From assembly GCF_006345805.1 (NCBI RefSeq), contig NC_043011.1, forward strand, positions 35,848,464 to 35,912,463: a stretch of 64,000 nt of DNA, written 5' to 3'. Source of the stretch: Octopus sinensis. Lineage: Eukaryota. The first letter of the stretch is position 1. Every line of letters begins with the position of its first letter. Shown here piece by piece: positions 1 to 11,885 of the stretch. The notes beneath the pieces are model-generated. The model did not search any database, had not been told where the DNA came from, and saw only the letters and a list, made by a program, of their open reading frames with translations. Both the position numbers and the translations under genes were made by a program.

Positions 1-620
1 TGCCACTATTACCCTTGTTCATTTAAGCCAGATATTTGAATCCCCGGGGGTGCTAAACATCTTAGCTAGCATTCGGTACTATAACTTAATATATACTTCA
101 GTCAAATAATTCTGAGGGACAGAGCTAAGCTATCCGACAGAAACTAAACACGAAACTTACCACGCTGCTACTTCGTTGTTATCTGTCTCTGTGACTATTC
201 ACTACTTCTCTTGCTGTTGAACTAAATGCAGTTACTCGTTTGGTCATTCAATATTTCACAACTGTTGCAATTCGTCAATTTGCGACCAAAAAGAAATAAT
301 TTGGGAAGACTCTATTTATTACCGGGAAGTAGCAACAGTGTAAGAAAGGTAGCTCTAGTTATCACTCTCCTTCTGTCTGCCTACCTCTCTGTCTCTCTGT
401 CACTGGTAATCTTGATCATCGCAATAAATTTTATTCTATTTTTAGTAAAGAGTTACACCACCAGTAAATGGTCAGTTGTTATTCTTAAAACTGTTTTGAA
501 ATATCAATATTTTGACATTTATATACGCACACGGACACACAAACGTACATGTATGCGTATAGATATACAAATACGTGCGTGTATGTGTGTGTGTAGATAC
601 ATACATACATGTATACATAC

Positions 621-655
<35 letters not shown>

Positions 656-656
<1 letters not shown>

Positions 657-1222
657 GATGGCCGTCCACTCGTGACCTCGGAAGACCATTGCCGACCTTC
701 AGGAACATTGTGCGCTCTAGGACTAACTTATATTTTACATTTGCGGCTCCGTTGGTGGCTAATGAGCCCTACTCTTGACAAGCATACACGACTGCAAACA
801 TTGCAGAGCAAGCTTTCTCCATTCACTATACGAGCCGTGCGCTTTCGCGCAGCTCGCTTAAGTTCTTCATGCTGGATACGTGCTCTCTCAAAAGTGTCGA
901 TCCCCTCCTTAACCTGCTTCCACCATCTGTGGCGATGAAAGGCATTGTTCTCCCAGTCAGTGTCCTGCTTATCACAGGCCTTTAATGAGAACTTGACATA
1001 GTCCTTAAATCGCAGCCTTGGTTTCTGCAGGAGTCTCCTTCCATTCACAAGTTCTCCAAAGAGCATCTGCTTAGGAATCCTGCTATCCTTCATTCTAATA
1101 AGGTGTCCAGTCCAACGTAACATTCTCAATGTTGGCTGGACCTAAAAAATTCCAGACACGCAGGTCCTGAGGTCAACTGATATCTTGAGTATTGAGGCAA
1201 TGGTGCACAAGCACCGGTTACG

Positions 1223-1226
<4 letters not shown>
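656..1226 (-). mobile_element. 5'-truncated RTE/BovB-type LINE (3' end of ORF plus 3' UTR)
   Basis: ORF 728..1129 reads LRWTGHLIRMKDSRIPKQMLFGEL...WWKQVKEGIDTFE...CNVCSRVCLSRVGLISHQRS, the typical RTE post-RT region with a C2H2 finger. The frame continues upstream through one in-frame stop. Flanked by (TA)n on both sides. Confidence 0.9.
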
Positions 1227-1264
<38 letters not shown>

Positions 1265-1436
1265 TCAAAATAAGCAACAAGGATATACAGAGGTAGATTA
1301 TAAAGACCCTATTTTGAATTATATGGATAATACCATACTAAATTCTGGTGCCTTTAACATTAGTACCATATTCATCTGAATGTATATTTTACTAAACTTA
1401 TATATATATATATATAAATATATGTAGTCAATTCAA

Positions 1437-1630
1437 ATAATTGAAAAATAAAATTAATAAAAACAAACAACAAAAGGATGTGCACAAGGAATGTAATAGC
1501 TTGACGCTCAGTAAAAGGGAAGAGATTTTGATGCTTCGAGCATAGCTTTTCGTCGGAAAGGAGAAAGAGAAAAATCCAGTGAAGGAAAAAAAAAATGGCC
1601 AGCAACACGCGTGTAGTTACATTACTGAAG
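1437..1630 (-). mobile_element. Penelope-like terminal repeat fragment with degenerate minimal HHR
   Basis: Minus strand CCGACGA-AAAGC-TAT-GCTC-GAAGC. Same family as 2600-2850 and 24590-24770 (shared + strand 'acgctc...ttcgagc...gct(c/t)ttc'). Confidence 0.5.
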
Positions 1631-1697
1631 CGTTATACATACATACATACATACATACATACATACATACATACATACATACATACATACTATATAC

Positions 1698-1757
<60 letters not shown>

Positions 1758-2145
1758 CAGGCAGAAATATTATGAGACGAAAATACACATAGGAAGTACT
1801 GAATAATTCAGTGCGCATGTTGAAGTAGTTTATCGAACTACAAAGCCTGTACATTTCGTATTTATTTTCTATTCATTTTCTTCCTCGCCACGAATAATGA
1901 AGTGTTCACATCTATTATGGATGAGACTTACATAAAGGTGGCTGCCATTTTTCCCTATTCCTTTCTTATGTTAAGAGAACAATACTAATTTTATTGTTTC
2001 CATGAAGCAGAGATTTAAGTAGCTTTTTTTTTATAGCAGAGGAACGTCATCTATTTCACACAATAAATACTTTTTGATATACAGAGAAGCCAACGAGAGA
2101 GCTTCTTGGTAGCTGTTCGTCACACCCCGCCTATTTAAAATATAG

Positions 2146-2310
2146 GCGCAGGCGTGGCTGTGTGGCTAGAAGCTATCTCCCCAACCACATGGTTCCGGTT
2201 CAGTCCAACTGCGTGGCACCTTGGGCAAGTATCTTCTACTATAGTCTCGGACCGACTAAAACCTGGTGCGTGGATTTGGTAAACGGAAACTGAAAGAAGG
2301 CCGCCGTATA
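2146..2310 (+). mobile_element. tRNA-derived CORE-like SINE (family B), 5' half
   Basis: ggcgcaggcgtggctgtgtgg...ggttccggttcagtcc...accttgggcaagt...ctgaaagaaggccgccgtata, followed by microsatellite. Confidence 0.85.
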
Positions 2311-2384
2311 CACATACATACACACATACATACATACATACACACACACGAACAAACACATATATAAGTATATATATATATATA

Positions 2385-2423
<39 letters not shown>

Positions 2424-2455
2424 TTTAATATATATATATATATACATATATTTAA

Positions 2456-2492
<37 letters not shown>

Positions 2493-2599
2493 CTCTATAT
2501 ATATATATACTCTATATATATATATATATACTCTAAATCAGGTGGTGCTATTAAGTTAGACATGGCCTGGACCAATCATTGGTCGAAACATATCTAAGT

Positions 2600-2850
2600 T
2601 TATGTATATATATATATAGTTAATCCAAACAAGAAAACACAGAAAAAAAACACAGCAACACGAGGACGTTGAACAATTAAAGTATTATTTGACGCTCAGG
2701 AAAGAAGGGAAGGAGGGTTAACGTTTCGAGCGGAGCTCTTCGTCGGAACAAAGAGAAGGAAGATCCCGAGAAGGGAAGACAGAGGGAAAAAAATGTTTGC
2801 TTGTGGTGCTCAAGAGATCACATGTTGAAAGAACAGAAGTTGAAAGGTAG
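2600..2850 (-). mobile_element. Penelope-like terminal repeat fragment with minimal HHR motif
   Basis: Minus strand GTT-CCGACGA-AGAGC-TCC-GCTC-GAAACGT-T-AAC at 2715-2750: stem I GTT/AAC, stem II GAGC/GCTC, palindromic stem III ACGT. Confidence 0.55.
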
Positions 2851-2899
2851 ACATATATATATTATATATATATATTATATATATATATATATATGTGTG

Positions 2900-2939
<40 letters not shown>

Positions 2940-3536
2940 TATATATGTAGTATGTATGTATGTATGTATGTAGTATGTATGTATATGTGTCTCTCACATC
3001 CTACCTTAACGTTTTCTAATAAGAACAGGAAACCTTTGATTTCGAGTCTGCTCGAACAGGCTTGGTCTAGACTCGAGAGTCTTCACGGCAGCAACAATAA
3101 CGACGAGACATACAACAGCAAAAAAAATCAAATTCTAATTGCTTCTGAGTTTCGCTAACAAAATCATTTTCAATTGATACTGTTGAAAATAAACAGAATT
3201 CAATCCATACTCATGCGAAGTTCTATAATGAATTTAATCTTTTTTTTTTATTTCACTTCATTAAATTAATCCCAACATAACGAAGCTATGCGCATGCGTA
3301 TCGAGTTCTGTTCTACTGAGATTTGTATTTCGTACGGTAAACTGACACTAATGAAGGAATAATTTTGAAATGTATATCCTGTGGTTATTATAATTTATAG
3401 TAGTAGAAATAAACTGTCACTATATTGATTTCATATGCAATTAATAATATAAAACAAAAACAAAACCATGCAACATTAAGCTAAATATTTAGTTCTGTTT
3501 ATTCTTTTTATAAACAAAATTCTCTATGTATATATA

Positions 3537-3629
3537 ATCATCCACCTCCATCCATCCATCCATCCATCCATCCATCCATCCATCCACCCATCCATCCATC
3601 CATCCATCCATCCATCCATCCATCCAAAC

Positions 3630-3704
<75 letters not shown>

Positions 3705-3705
3705 A
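3537..3705. repeat. compound (CATC)n + (TATC)n microsatellite
   Basis: Directly visible tetranucleotide runs. Confidence 0.95.
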
Positions 3706-3805
3706 TCCAAGTATCTATTCTAATTTCTTTCTATATCTGATCGTCTTTCAACAACCATTTCTATTCATCAAATTCATCGATTATCTTACAATCTTACAAC
3801 CCCTA

Positions 3806-3836
<31 letters not shown>

Positions 3837-4299
3837 ACACACACACAGACACACGCGCACAAACACACACACAAACACACACACACACAGTCCCGGTCGA
3901 ATTCGGATCTTCTTTTACATTTTGAGTTCAAATCCAACCCATGTGACTGCGGCTCGCAGCCTTCAAGGGTCAATAAATTAATTAGAAGTCAAAAGACTAC
4001 GACCGATATAACTCCCTGTCTACTCGTATATTTGAGCACTGTTCCAAGCAGGGTCGCAGTCCAATGACTGAAACCAGTATTGTGTCACATAATCATATTT
4101 ACTAATCTGCACTCCATCACCATCATTTAAACAATACACTGCCACGCAATCAACATCCATGGTTATGAATTTTGATTGAAGAGATGGGATGCTCAAAATA
4201 AAATGTTGCAGGGGGCCTCTAAAAGTCATGCGACGGCTTTTCCCCCATATTATATATTTCCTGACCTTATTTTCTACATATACCTAACATTCCGCTGTA

Positions 4300-6088
4300 A
4301 GGTTATATGTGTGGTAGCAGAATTCGGTTCCTTGCCATACAACCATAAAGAGTGTCAGAAGCGGTTGTCGGAGAATTTCTACGACTTCACCAACACCAGT
4401 TACTGACTTCCTAATCTTCCAACGTATTGTAATCCCATGAATGACTATTTGTGTAGCATGGTTGAGAAAGACATCAACCACTCTTCTTTATTCCACCAGA
4501 TTTGCCGTGAAGGCATTACAAAGATAGAAGCAAGTGCGGGCTGGACAATAGGACAAATGAGATGAATTGATGAACGAAATAATGATATTAATAAGAGAAG
4601 CATAACGACGCCCGCCAATCGAAGCCACTCGAGTACACTGTTCCTTTTTTCTTTTCTCCTTTTTTTGAAAAAACAAAAAAAAAACACAAATGAGGTAATG
4701 AAACTCTTACATTAACATAAATTGAGGCGCTAAGCCTCTTATCAATCACCCCCGATCAAATCTCTTGCCGCCTGCAGGCAATCCCGCAGAAGCAAGTCGG
4801 GGTCCAAGAAGAGGTAAGTACACTCCTCCTTAGAATTATCTTATAAAAATCACTATCTTCCGTTACTCCCGCAGCCACCTGGGGAAGCCAATATGGACTA
4901 TCAATGCAGGTCGGGACAGTCAGTTCCTGACCTTCAAAACTATTTACAAAGTTGTCTATCAACCACTCTTCTTATTTCTTTATTGCCCACAAGTGGCTAA
5001 ACATAGAGGGACCAAAAAGGACAAAGGGATTAAGTCGATTACATCGACCCCAGTCCGTAACTGGTACTTAATTTATCGACCTCGAAAGGATGAAAGGCAG
5101 GGTCGACCTCATCTGAATTTGAACTCAGAACGTAACGGCAGACGGAATACCTATTTCTTTACTACCCACACAGGGCTAAACACAGAGGGGACAAACAAGG
5201 ACAGACAAACGGATTAAGTCGATTACAGAGCGTAACTGGTACTTAATGTATCGAACCCGAAAGGATGAAATGCAAAGTCGACCTCGGCGGAATTTGAACT
5301 CAAAACGTAACGGTAGACGAAATACCGCTAAGCATCTCGCCCGGCGTGCTAACGATCCTGCCAGCTCACCGCATTCTTATTTCTTTACTGCCCACAAAGG
5401 GGCTACATACAGAGGGGACAAACAAGGACAAAAAAATGGATTAAGTTGATTATATCGATCCCAGTGCGTAACTGGTACTTATTTAATCGACCCCGAAAGG
5501 ATGAAAGGCAGAGTCGACCTCGGTGGAATTTGAATTGAAAACGTAACGGTAGACGAAATACCCATTTCTTTACTACCCACAAAGGGCTAAACACAGAGGT
5601 TACAAACAGGGACAGACAAACGGATTAAATCGATTTTATCGTCCCTAGTGCGTAATTGGTACTTATTTAATCGAACCTGAAAGGATGAAAGGCAGAGTCG
5701 ACCTCGGTGGAATTTGAACTCAGAACGTACCGGTAGACGAAATACCGCTAAGCATTTCGTCCGACGTGCTAACGTTTCCGCCAGCTCGCCGCCTTTTTCT
5801 TGCCAACTACTCTTCTTGCAACATCAAGGTCGAGCTAGGGGCCAAGGTCAAGGAAATATTTGAAGAACTTCCCGGGACACGGTGAGAGACGCATGCGCTA
5901 GGTATCGGAATCGTCTTGAGGCCGCGCTGGAAAGTGAGCGCAACTACTTTGAGTAAACCGCAGTCTTCCATCGATATAATCTTGTCGATATTTTTTGATC
6001 TTTAAAAAAATACTTCAGTTTTAGTATTGGATATTGTATTTCCTTTTCCTTTTACGCAAACTGTCAAATTTAGCCCGAACACCCCATA
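4300..6088 (+). pseudogene. DD37D/maT-type mariner transposase relic with right terminus, interrupted by two insertions
   Basis: YVW*QNSVPCHT...KRLSENFYDFT...CNPMNDYLCSMVEKDINHSS (4300-4487) resumes after 5804 as NYSSCNIKVELGAKVKEIFEELP/DTVRDACARYRNRLEAALESERNYFE*. TIR-like end ctgtcaaatttagcccgaacaccccata at about 6061-6088. Confidence 0.8.
4974..5795 (-). mobile_element. two tandem dimeric tRNA-derived SINEs (family A, Meta-domain-like), four monomers
   Basis: Four copies of ...gaaaggatgaaaggca.agtcgacctc...gaatttgaact... Monomer boundaries at about 4974/5151/5378/5563. The second monomer of each dimer starts at ggtatt(t/c)cgtct. Confidence 0.9.
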
Positions 6089-6719
6089 CACCGTCCCTGA
6101 CATCTAAGAAATAACACATATCTAATACTCAGTCACTAAACAACCATCATAATATATCTAACACTCTGTGAGCTACGAACACTATTATATATTTAATATT
6201 CTAATATACAACAAATATCCTCTTTCTCATTCTCGAGTTTCATAATCATTCTTCTTGCTCTTACATAATTTACACTTTCTACACAACGTTTGCTAATTGG
6301 ATTTTCTTTCTTCTACAAATCTGACTGTCCAAATGTGTATGCATCAATGTATGTATGCGTATGTATGACAGTGTGAGTTTAAGCATGTGTGTGTGTATGT
6401 GTGTGTGTCTGTTTGTGTGTATATGTGTGTGTGTGTGTGTGATTTATTTATAGTTAATGCTTCAACAGTTTTCTAATACTCTACTTATTCAAGTGTTCTT
6501 TATATATTGCCAATAGTTTTATTCTCTTTCACCAATATACACACACACGCAGGCATGTGTGTGTATGTGTGTGTGCGTGTGTGTGTGTGTGCGTGTGTGT
6601 GTGTGTGTTCTTATTTAGTGTCTTCCTCATATAGCATCTCACTTTCCATATTCGACTGTCGTCCATTTTTTACTGTTTCTATTTCTTTCTAGCTTCTCTA
6701 CCTCTATCTCTCTCTAGTA

Positions 6720-6790
<71 letters not shown>

Positions 6791-6827
6791 TGTATGTATG
6801 TATGTATGTATGTATGTATGTATGTAT

Positions 6828-6860
<33 letters not shown>

Positions 6861-6885
6861 TATAGTGAGAGAAAGAGACAGAGAT

Positions 6886-6937
<52 letters not shown>

Positions 6938-7689
6938 GGCTCTTGGTCACTTCCTGAAATAATATATTTCTGCCCTCTCTCTCTCTCTCTCTCTCTCTTT
7001 CCTTCACTCTTGATCTGCCAATCAATCTTTAAAATTCTCTCTTGTTTATCGTGTCTGCTTGCCTGCTCTGTTCCCCCCCTCTCTCTGTCTGTCTCTTTGT
7101 ATCTCTTTCTCTCTGCGCCTGAAATTTTTCGTACTACCCCATCGTCCCTCTCACAACCATCGCTATTCGCTAGAGCATCATCAACAACAACAACAACAAC
7201 GACAATTGTTTGTAGTTGTTATCAATATTGAAGCAAGGAATCAGTTCCAGCCGGCTGAGATAAGCAATAGAAATAGCATAGTGGACTTCCCAGGAAACAA
7301 AGGAAACACAAGCTCCAAACATAATGTGTCTATCTATCTATCTATCTATCGATCAGTCGAACTGGGGGAGCATACAAGACACATACACACACCTACGCAC
7401 ACACACACACACGCATGCATACACACATATTTATGTATGCCATGGGTTGAAACAATGAATCGTAGTCATATGCAAACAAATATAACAAACAATTAAGAGA
7501 TGATAATACGAAATAAATTAAAATGGAAAGCATAAGTTGATGTACTGCAGTTCAGTAAACACATTCACAGAATGAGAGATCGACGAACAGACAGACGTAA
7601 ACGATAAAAGAAAGAAGGCAAGAAAAAGAAATGAAGACAGAAGGATAAAATAAATGTAAGCAAATAATAAAAAGACAGAGAAAAACATA

Positions 7690-7929
7690 CAGGATGTTCA
7701 AAAAGTCTCTCGGCAGAAAAGTATTTAATGGTTTTCGCGCGATTCTTGTATATTGATCCCTTACTTGCTCCCCAGAATAAAAAAGTCTGGCGGCGTTAAA
7801 TCAGGTGATCTTGGTGGCCAAAGTCCCTTCGAAATAATCTGTTCACCGAAAACAACTCTTCAAGTAGCGCCATGTTGTTGCACAAGATGAAGAAAAAATT
7901 CACTGCGGAGAGACTTTTTGAACACCCTG
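7690..7929 (-). mobile_element. internally deleted Tc1/mariner element (MITE-like)
   Basis: TIRs caggatgttcaaaaagtctctcggcag / ctgcggagagactttttgaacaccctg, with TA on the left. Minus strand encodes GLWPPRSPDLTPPDFF (catalytic-region motif). Confidence 0.85.
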
Positions 7930-8150
7930 TTTATCAAAAACGGTTGGTGAAGAAGAAAATAAAAGCGGGGAGGGGTGCTAGAAAAGAATAATGAAATGAA
8001 AAATAACTATAAAGAAATAAAAGAAAGAAAGCGAAAACTAATTAGTAAATAAATGCAAGTGGGAAGAATTTAGTGTCTACATTTCAATTCTATTGTTTAT
8101 ATCTCACGTCTTCATCAGGATTGTCATACTTAGAAGGTTACATAGTACTA

Positions 8151-8185
<35 letters not shown>

Positions 8186-8190
8186 ATTTA

Positions 8191-8306
8191 TTGGCCTGCT
8201 CGCTTAGCCATCGGGGTGGCGTCATTCGAAGGCTAAAACAATGCGAACGCATTGTGACCAGCGATGTGTAACAACATCTGATGGTATGGTCGGTCACGTG
8301 ATCACA

Positions 8307-8310
<4 letters not shown>
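8191..8310 (+). mobile_element. about 120-bp structured interspersed repeat embedded in (TA)n
   Basis: Reverse-complement copy at 51521-51638; both copies are bounded by (TA)n. Confidence 0.75.
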
Positions 8311-8353
<43 letters not shown>

Positions 8354-8364
8354 ATATATATATT

Positions 8365-8395
<31 letters not shown>

Positions 8396-8500
8396 ATATA
8401 ACAGAGCGCAGTTTGGTACATGCAGTTGGAGATACGATGAAGATAAGAGTAAACCAAGTGAAACCAAGCAGCGTAGATTTAAATATTGAAGGAAAATATT

Positions 8501-8631
8501 CGGCAAAGAGACCGATAGAATAAGTACTAGGCTTACAAAGAATAAGCTCTGGGGTCGATTTGCTCGACTAAAGGCGGTGCTCCAGCATGGCCGCAGTCAA
8601 CTAACTGAAACAAGTAAAAGAGTAAAGAGTA
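8501..8631 (+). mobile_element. family B SINE 3' half
   Basis: agaccgatagaataagtactaggcttacaaagaataag...ggcggtgctccagcatggccgcagtc...gaaacaagtaaaagagtaaagagt. Confidence 0.85.
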
Positions 8632-8742
8632 TTTCATATTTAGAACAGAGAAGTGAGAATGTTTGGTATTCATCTTTTCCAAACTGTTTATTGGCAATTT
8701 TCGTTAAAATGATATACGTATAAAATGTCCGATAATTTAGAC

Positions 8743-9094
8743 CAGTGATTCTCAAGCAGGGCCCACATGGCCCCTAAGGGTTCATATAAGATTTTTGGGG
8801 ACCATGCAGTAAAATAATAAATTGGGGATCCACTAAAGTATTGTAAGGGCCCCCTGAAAAAAATTTGTTTTAGATGTATGTATTGGTGTGTTTTGCAAGA
8901 AAGAGCTAAGGCTCTTTGTTTAACGTTTTGCATTATTCAACCAACACAAGTTAACGTGTGGAAAACAAAATAGGAATTTTGAAAGAAATTTCTGTAAAGC
9001 TAGGTTTTGCAAAATCGAATGTCTATGGGGGTCCACCAGAATAAAATAGCAATCAAAGAGGTCTAAAGATTTTAAAAATGGTTCACAACCTCCG
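8743..9094. mobile_element. hAT (Charlie-like) MITE
   Basis: Starts CAGTGATTCTCAA and has a decayed right end. Perfect 8-bp TSD ATTTAGAC at 8735-8742 and 9095-9102. Confidence 0.85.
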
Positions 9095-10048
9095 ATTTAG
9101 ACGAACAAGACAAGTGAAGCAGGATGATTTGTCGTAAATTTTAGCCCAAGAGGAAGTGTACTTGGGTGTCTTTTCTTTGTGTCTACTCTGCTGCAAAATA
9201 TTACAACCAGGACTCTTGTCTGAGAATAATTCGTTCTGTCCATTTCTACTACCAGTCACAGAGGCCCTGAATTTTGTATGGATGATGTATTTCATCTTTC
9301 TCTGACTAAGAAAAAGAATGAAAAGCCTCCGTAATTTTTCTGAATTTTCGTTGTTGAGGGAGAAAAACAGTTGGGTTGCGGGTGTAATATTTGGTTTGAA
9401 TTTCTGGAAATTAGTTGCTCAACAACAAACATATGAGGCAGTGGAGTTCCGAACATATTAGTAGCTGCTTATTATAGTCGTAGATAAAATTATCCAGTGT
9501 AAAACATCATAAAAATCATGGGTCCCAAATAATCTCAGAATACTGATATATTTGCTTAATGCTATCAAACAAATATTATTAGTTACATGGCACCGTTCCA
9601 AGGTGATTGCAATAAGCGGCTTTGACTGCAGTCTGAGTTGTATGGAAGAAAGAGTGCACAAGGAGCACATTACGGAATCTATGATATAGAAAAACTTATT
9701 TGCTCGCCCCGGAGCAAACCTGTTATCAAAAGCGAACTGACCGTGATTAACTGGCATTTTCTGTGAATCATGGACGTCAGTATCTAACGTATCCTTTCAT
9801 TAATCTAAATTATTTAAAAAATTGGGTGTGATTTTAGTGAATTTTACTGTTATTTTTGTCACGTAAAATGATGCCGTAAAGAGTCATTCGCTGGCTCACG
9901 AAATACCATTCAGTTAATGGGAGGATCAAAGAGAAGTAGGAAGAGAAGGTTTACGTAGAAACCGTATGTTTAGTAATTAAGACAAATCGTAAGAGGAGTG
10001 GTCAGTTAGGGACCGTTCGTATGTCAGGTGGACGGCCTTCGTTGATAT

Positions 10049-10338
10049 GCAAATATATGGGAAACTACCACCTGTCATCTCTTGTGAAAGGTAAGAGAGT
10101 CCAGTTTGCTGGACATTGTTGTAGAGCTGAAAAAGAGGTAATTTCTACTCTTCTCCTCTGGAAGCCATCTACCCGCAATACCAGAGGGTGCACACTCTCC
10201 TACCCTGATGCAATCTCCAGGGATACAGGCATCCAGCAACAGGACCTCCGTAATGCCATGACGGACCGTGAAGTCTGGCGTAGCATGGTAAATTCCATTG
10301 TCTCGACCACGGTCGTACAATGATGATGATGATTGATA
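10049..10338 (+). mobile_element. 5'-truncated RTE-clade LINE 3' end
   Basis: IYGKLPPV/SSLVKGKRVQFAGHCCRAEKEVISTLLLWKP...DAISRDTG...AMTDREVWRSMV, followed by a (TGA)n tail. Confidence 0.85.
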
Positions 10339-10399
10339 AGCTGTTGTGTGTGTGTGTGTGTGTGTGTAATTGCATTTCTTCTTATACGTGAAGACACTT

Positions 10400-10925
10400 G
10401 GCTTGGCGGTTAGAGGTATTCGTCTCACGATCGTAAGGCCGTGATTTCGATTCCTGACGGTGCGGTGTGTCCTTGAGCAAGACACTTTATTTCATATTGC
10501 TGTATTTCAAAGTGTCATCCTTATTACCTGCTGTGTCACGCTGAATCTCCCTGAAAACTATGTTAAGAGTAAAGGCGGGTTTAGCTGGCAGAGACGTTAG
10601 CTCGTCGGAGGAATGCTTAGCTGTATTTCGTTTGTCTTTACGTTCTGAGTTCAAATTCCGTCGAGGTCGACTTTGCCTTTCATCCTTTCGGCGTCGATAA
10701 ACTAAGTACCAGCTACGCACTGGGGTCGATATAATCGACTTAATCCGTTTGTCTGCCCTTCTGTGTTTGTTTGTCCCTTCTGTGTTTAGCCCCTTGTGGG
10801 TAGTAAAGAAATAGGTATGTGTGTTTATAGAAGGCTCAGCCACTTGCACGCTAATTTCATTTGCAGGAGTCTGTTCTGTTAATCGGATGAACTGTGACCC
10901 CTGTCGTTGCAACCGGTGGAGTGCT
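10400..10925 (+). mobile_element. family C SINE interrupted by a family A SINE (about 10573-10818)
   Basis: Head ggcggttagaggtattcgtctcacgatcgtaagg...tttcgattcc and ccttgagcaagacac. Its 3' part matches 57228-57602. The insert matches family A. Confidence 0.8.
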
Positions 10926-11608
10926 AGTTTCTCTCATCTTTTAATCTGGTCCTCAAGGGAACAGCGAACTTCATAAACACATACCGAAATAGTTTCTTAA
11001 CTTGACACGTTCATAATTTTAGCAAGCATTCTCAAGCACAGTCTGGTGTTAACGAGAATTTCTTAGATTCCTCGAGACATATATAGTTGTGAAATAACTA
11101 CAAAAACAGAATACATTTACTAAGTGATGAATACTTTAAATTAATGTACTTAGCTTTTTCAAGCAAGTGTCTGGCTTGAATACACACAAACGTACACACA
11201 TGCGTACGTAAGCACATACGTACGTATGTGCGTCTGTGTATTGTAGAAATAGTGTCTCGCGAAATAATTTGCTTATATCGGTAAAGTGCATAGGATTTTT
11301 GTGTTAATGTGAGAAATATTTGTATCGATGTTAATATATAAATTGAGAGGGGAGGAAAGGGAAGTGAGAAACAGGATGATTGTAAGAGAGATAACAGATA
11401 AAAAGGAATACATAGGCGGCGAGCGTAAAATTTATAAATGCCTACAGCGAGAAAAATGGCGGAAGTTTAAAAGTTTGTTTGAAACAGAAAATTCAACTAA
11501 ATTCATTGACATGAATCATTAAAAGTACACGTTTTCAATTTAACAATATTAATTAATTTATAAATTCGAAGAATCAGTAACATATTTCTGTCAATATTTA
11601 TCATATTT

Positions 11609-11845
11609 AAGGCGGCGAGATGGCAGAAATGTTATCACGCCGGGCGAAATGCTTAGCGGAATTTCGTCTGCCGCTACGTTCTGAGTTCCATTTTTCGCCG
11701 AGGTCGACTTTGCTTTTCATCCTTTCGAGATCGATTAGATAAGTACCAGTTACACACTGGGGTCGTTTTAATCGATTTAATCCCTTTGTCTGTCTTTGTT
11801 TGTCCCCTCTATGTTTAGCCACCTGTGGACAATAAAGAAATAAAT
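11609..11845 (+). mobile_element. family A SINE monomer
   Basis: aaggcggcgagatggcagaaatgttatcacgccgggcgaaatgcttagcgg...gaggtcgactttgcttttcatcctttcg...aataaagaaata. Confidence 0.9.
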
Positions 11846-11885
11846 ATTATATCGTATTTAAGGCGGTGAGCTGGCAGAAACGTTA

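Noticed and set aside
226-675. 149-aa ORF
   Set aside because: Starts in low-complexity DNA, ends in microsatellite, and has no protein signature.
3035-3095. GAGTCT/AGACTC-GAAA hairpin on the minus strand as an HHR
   Set aside because: The core reads GTGAAGA with 5 extra nt before stem II, and there is no stem I.
8060-8135. CTGATGA...GAAA on the minus strand as an HHR
   Set aside because: Stems I and II do not pair and U16.1 is absent; at best an unrecognisable relic.
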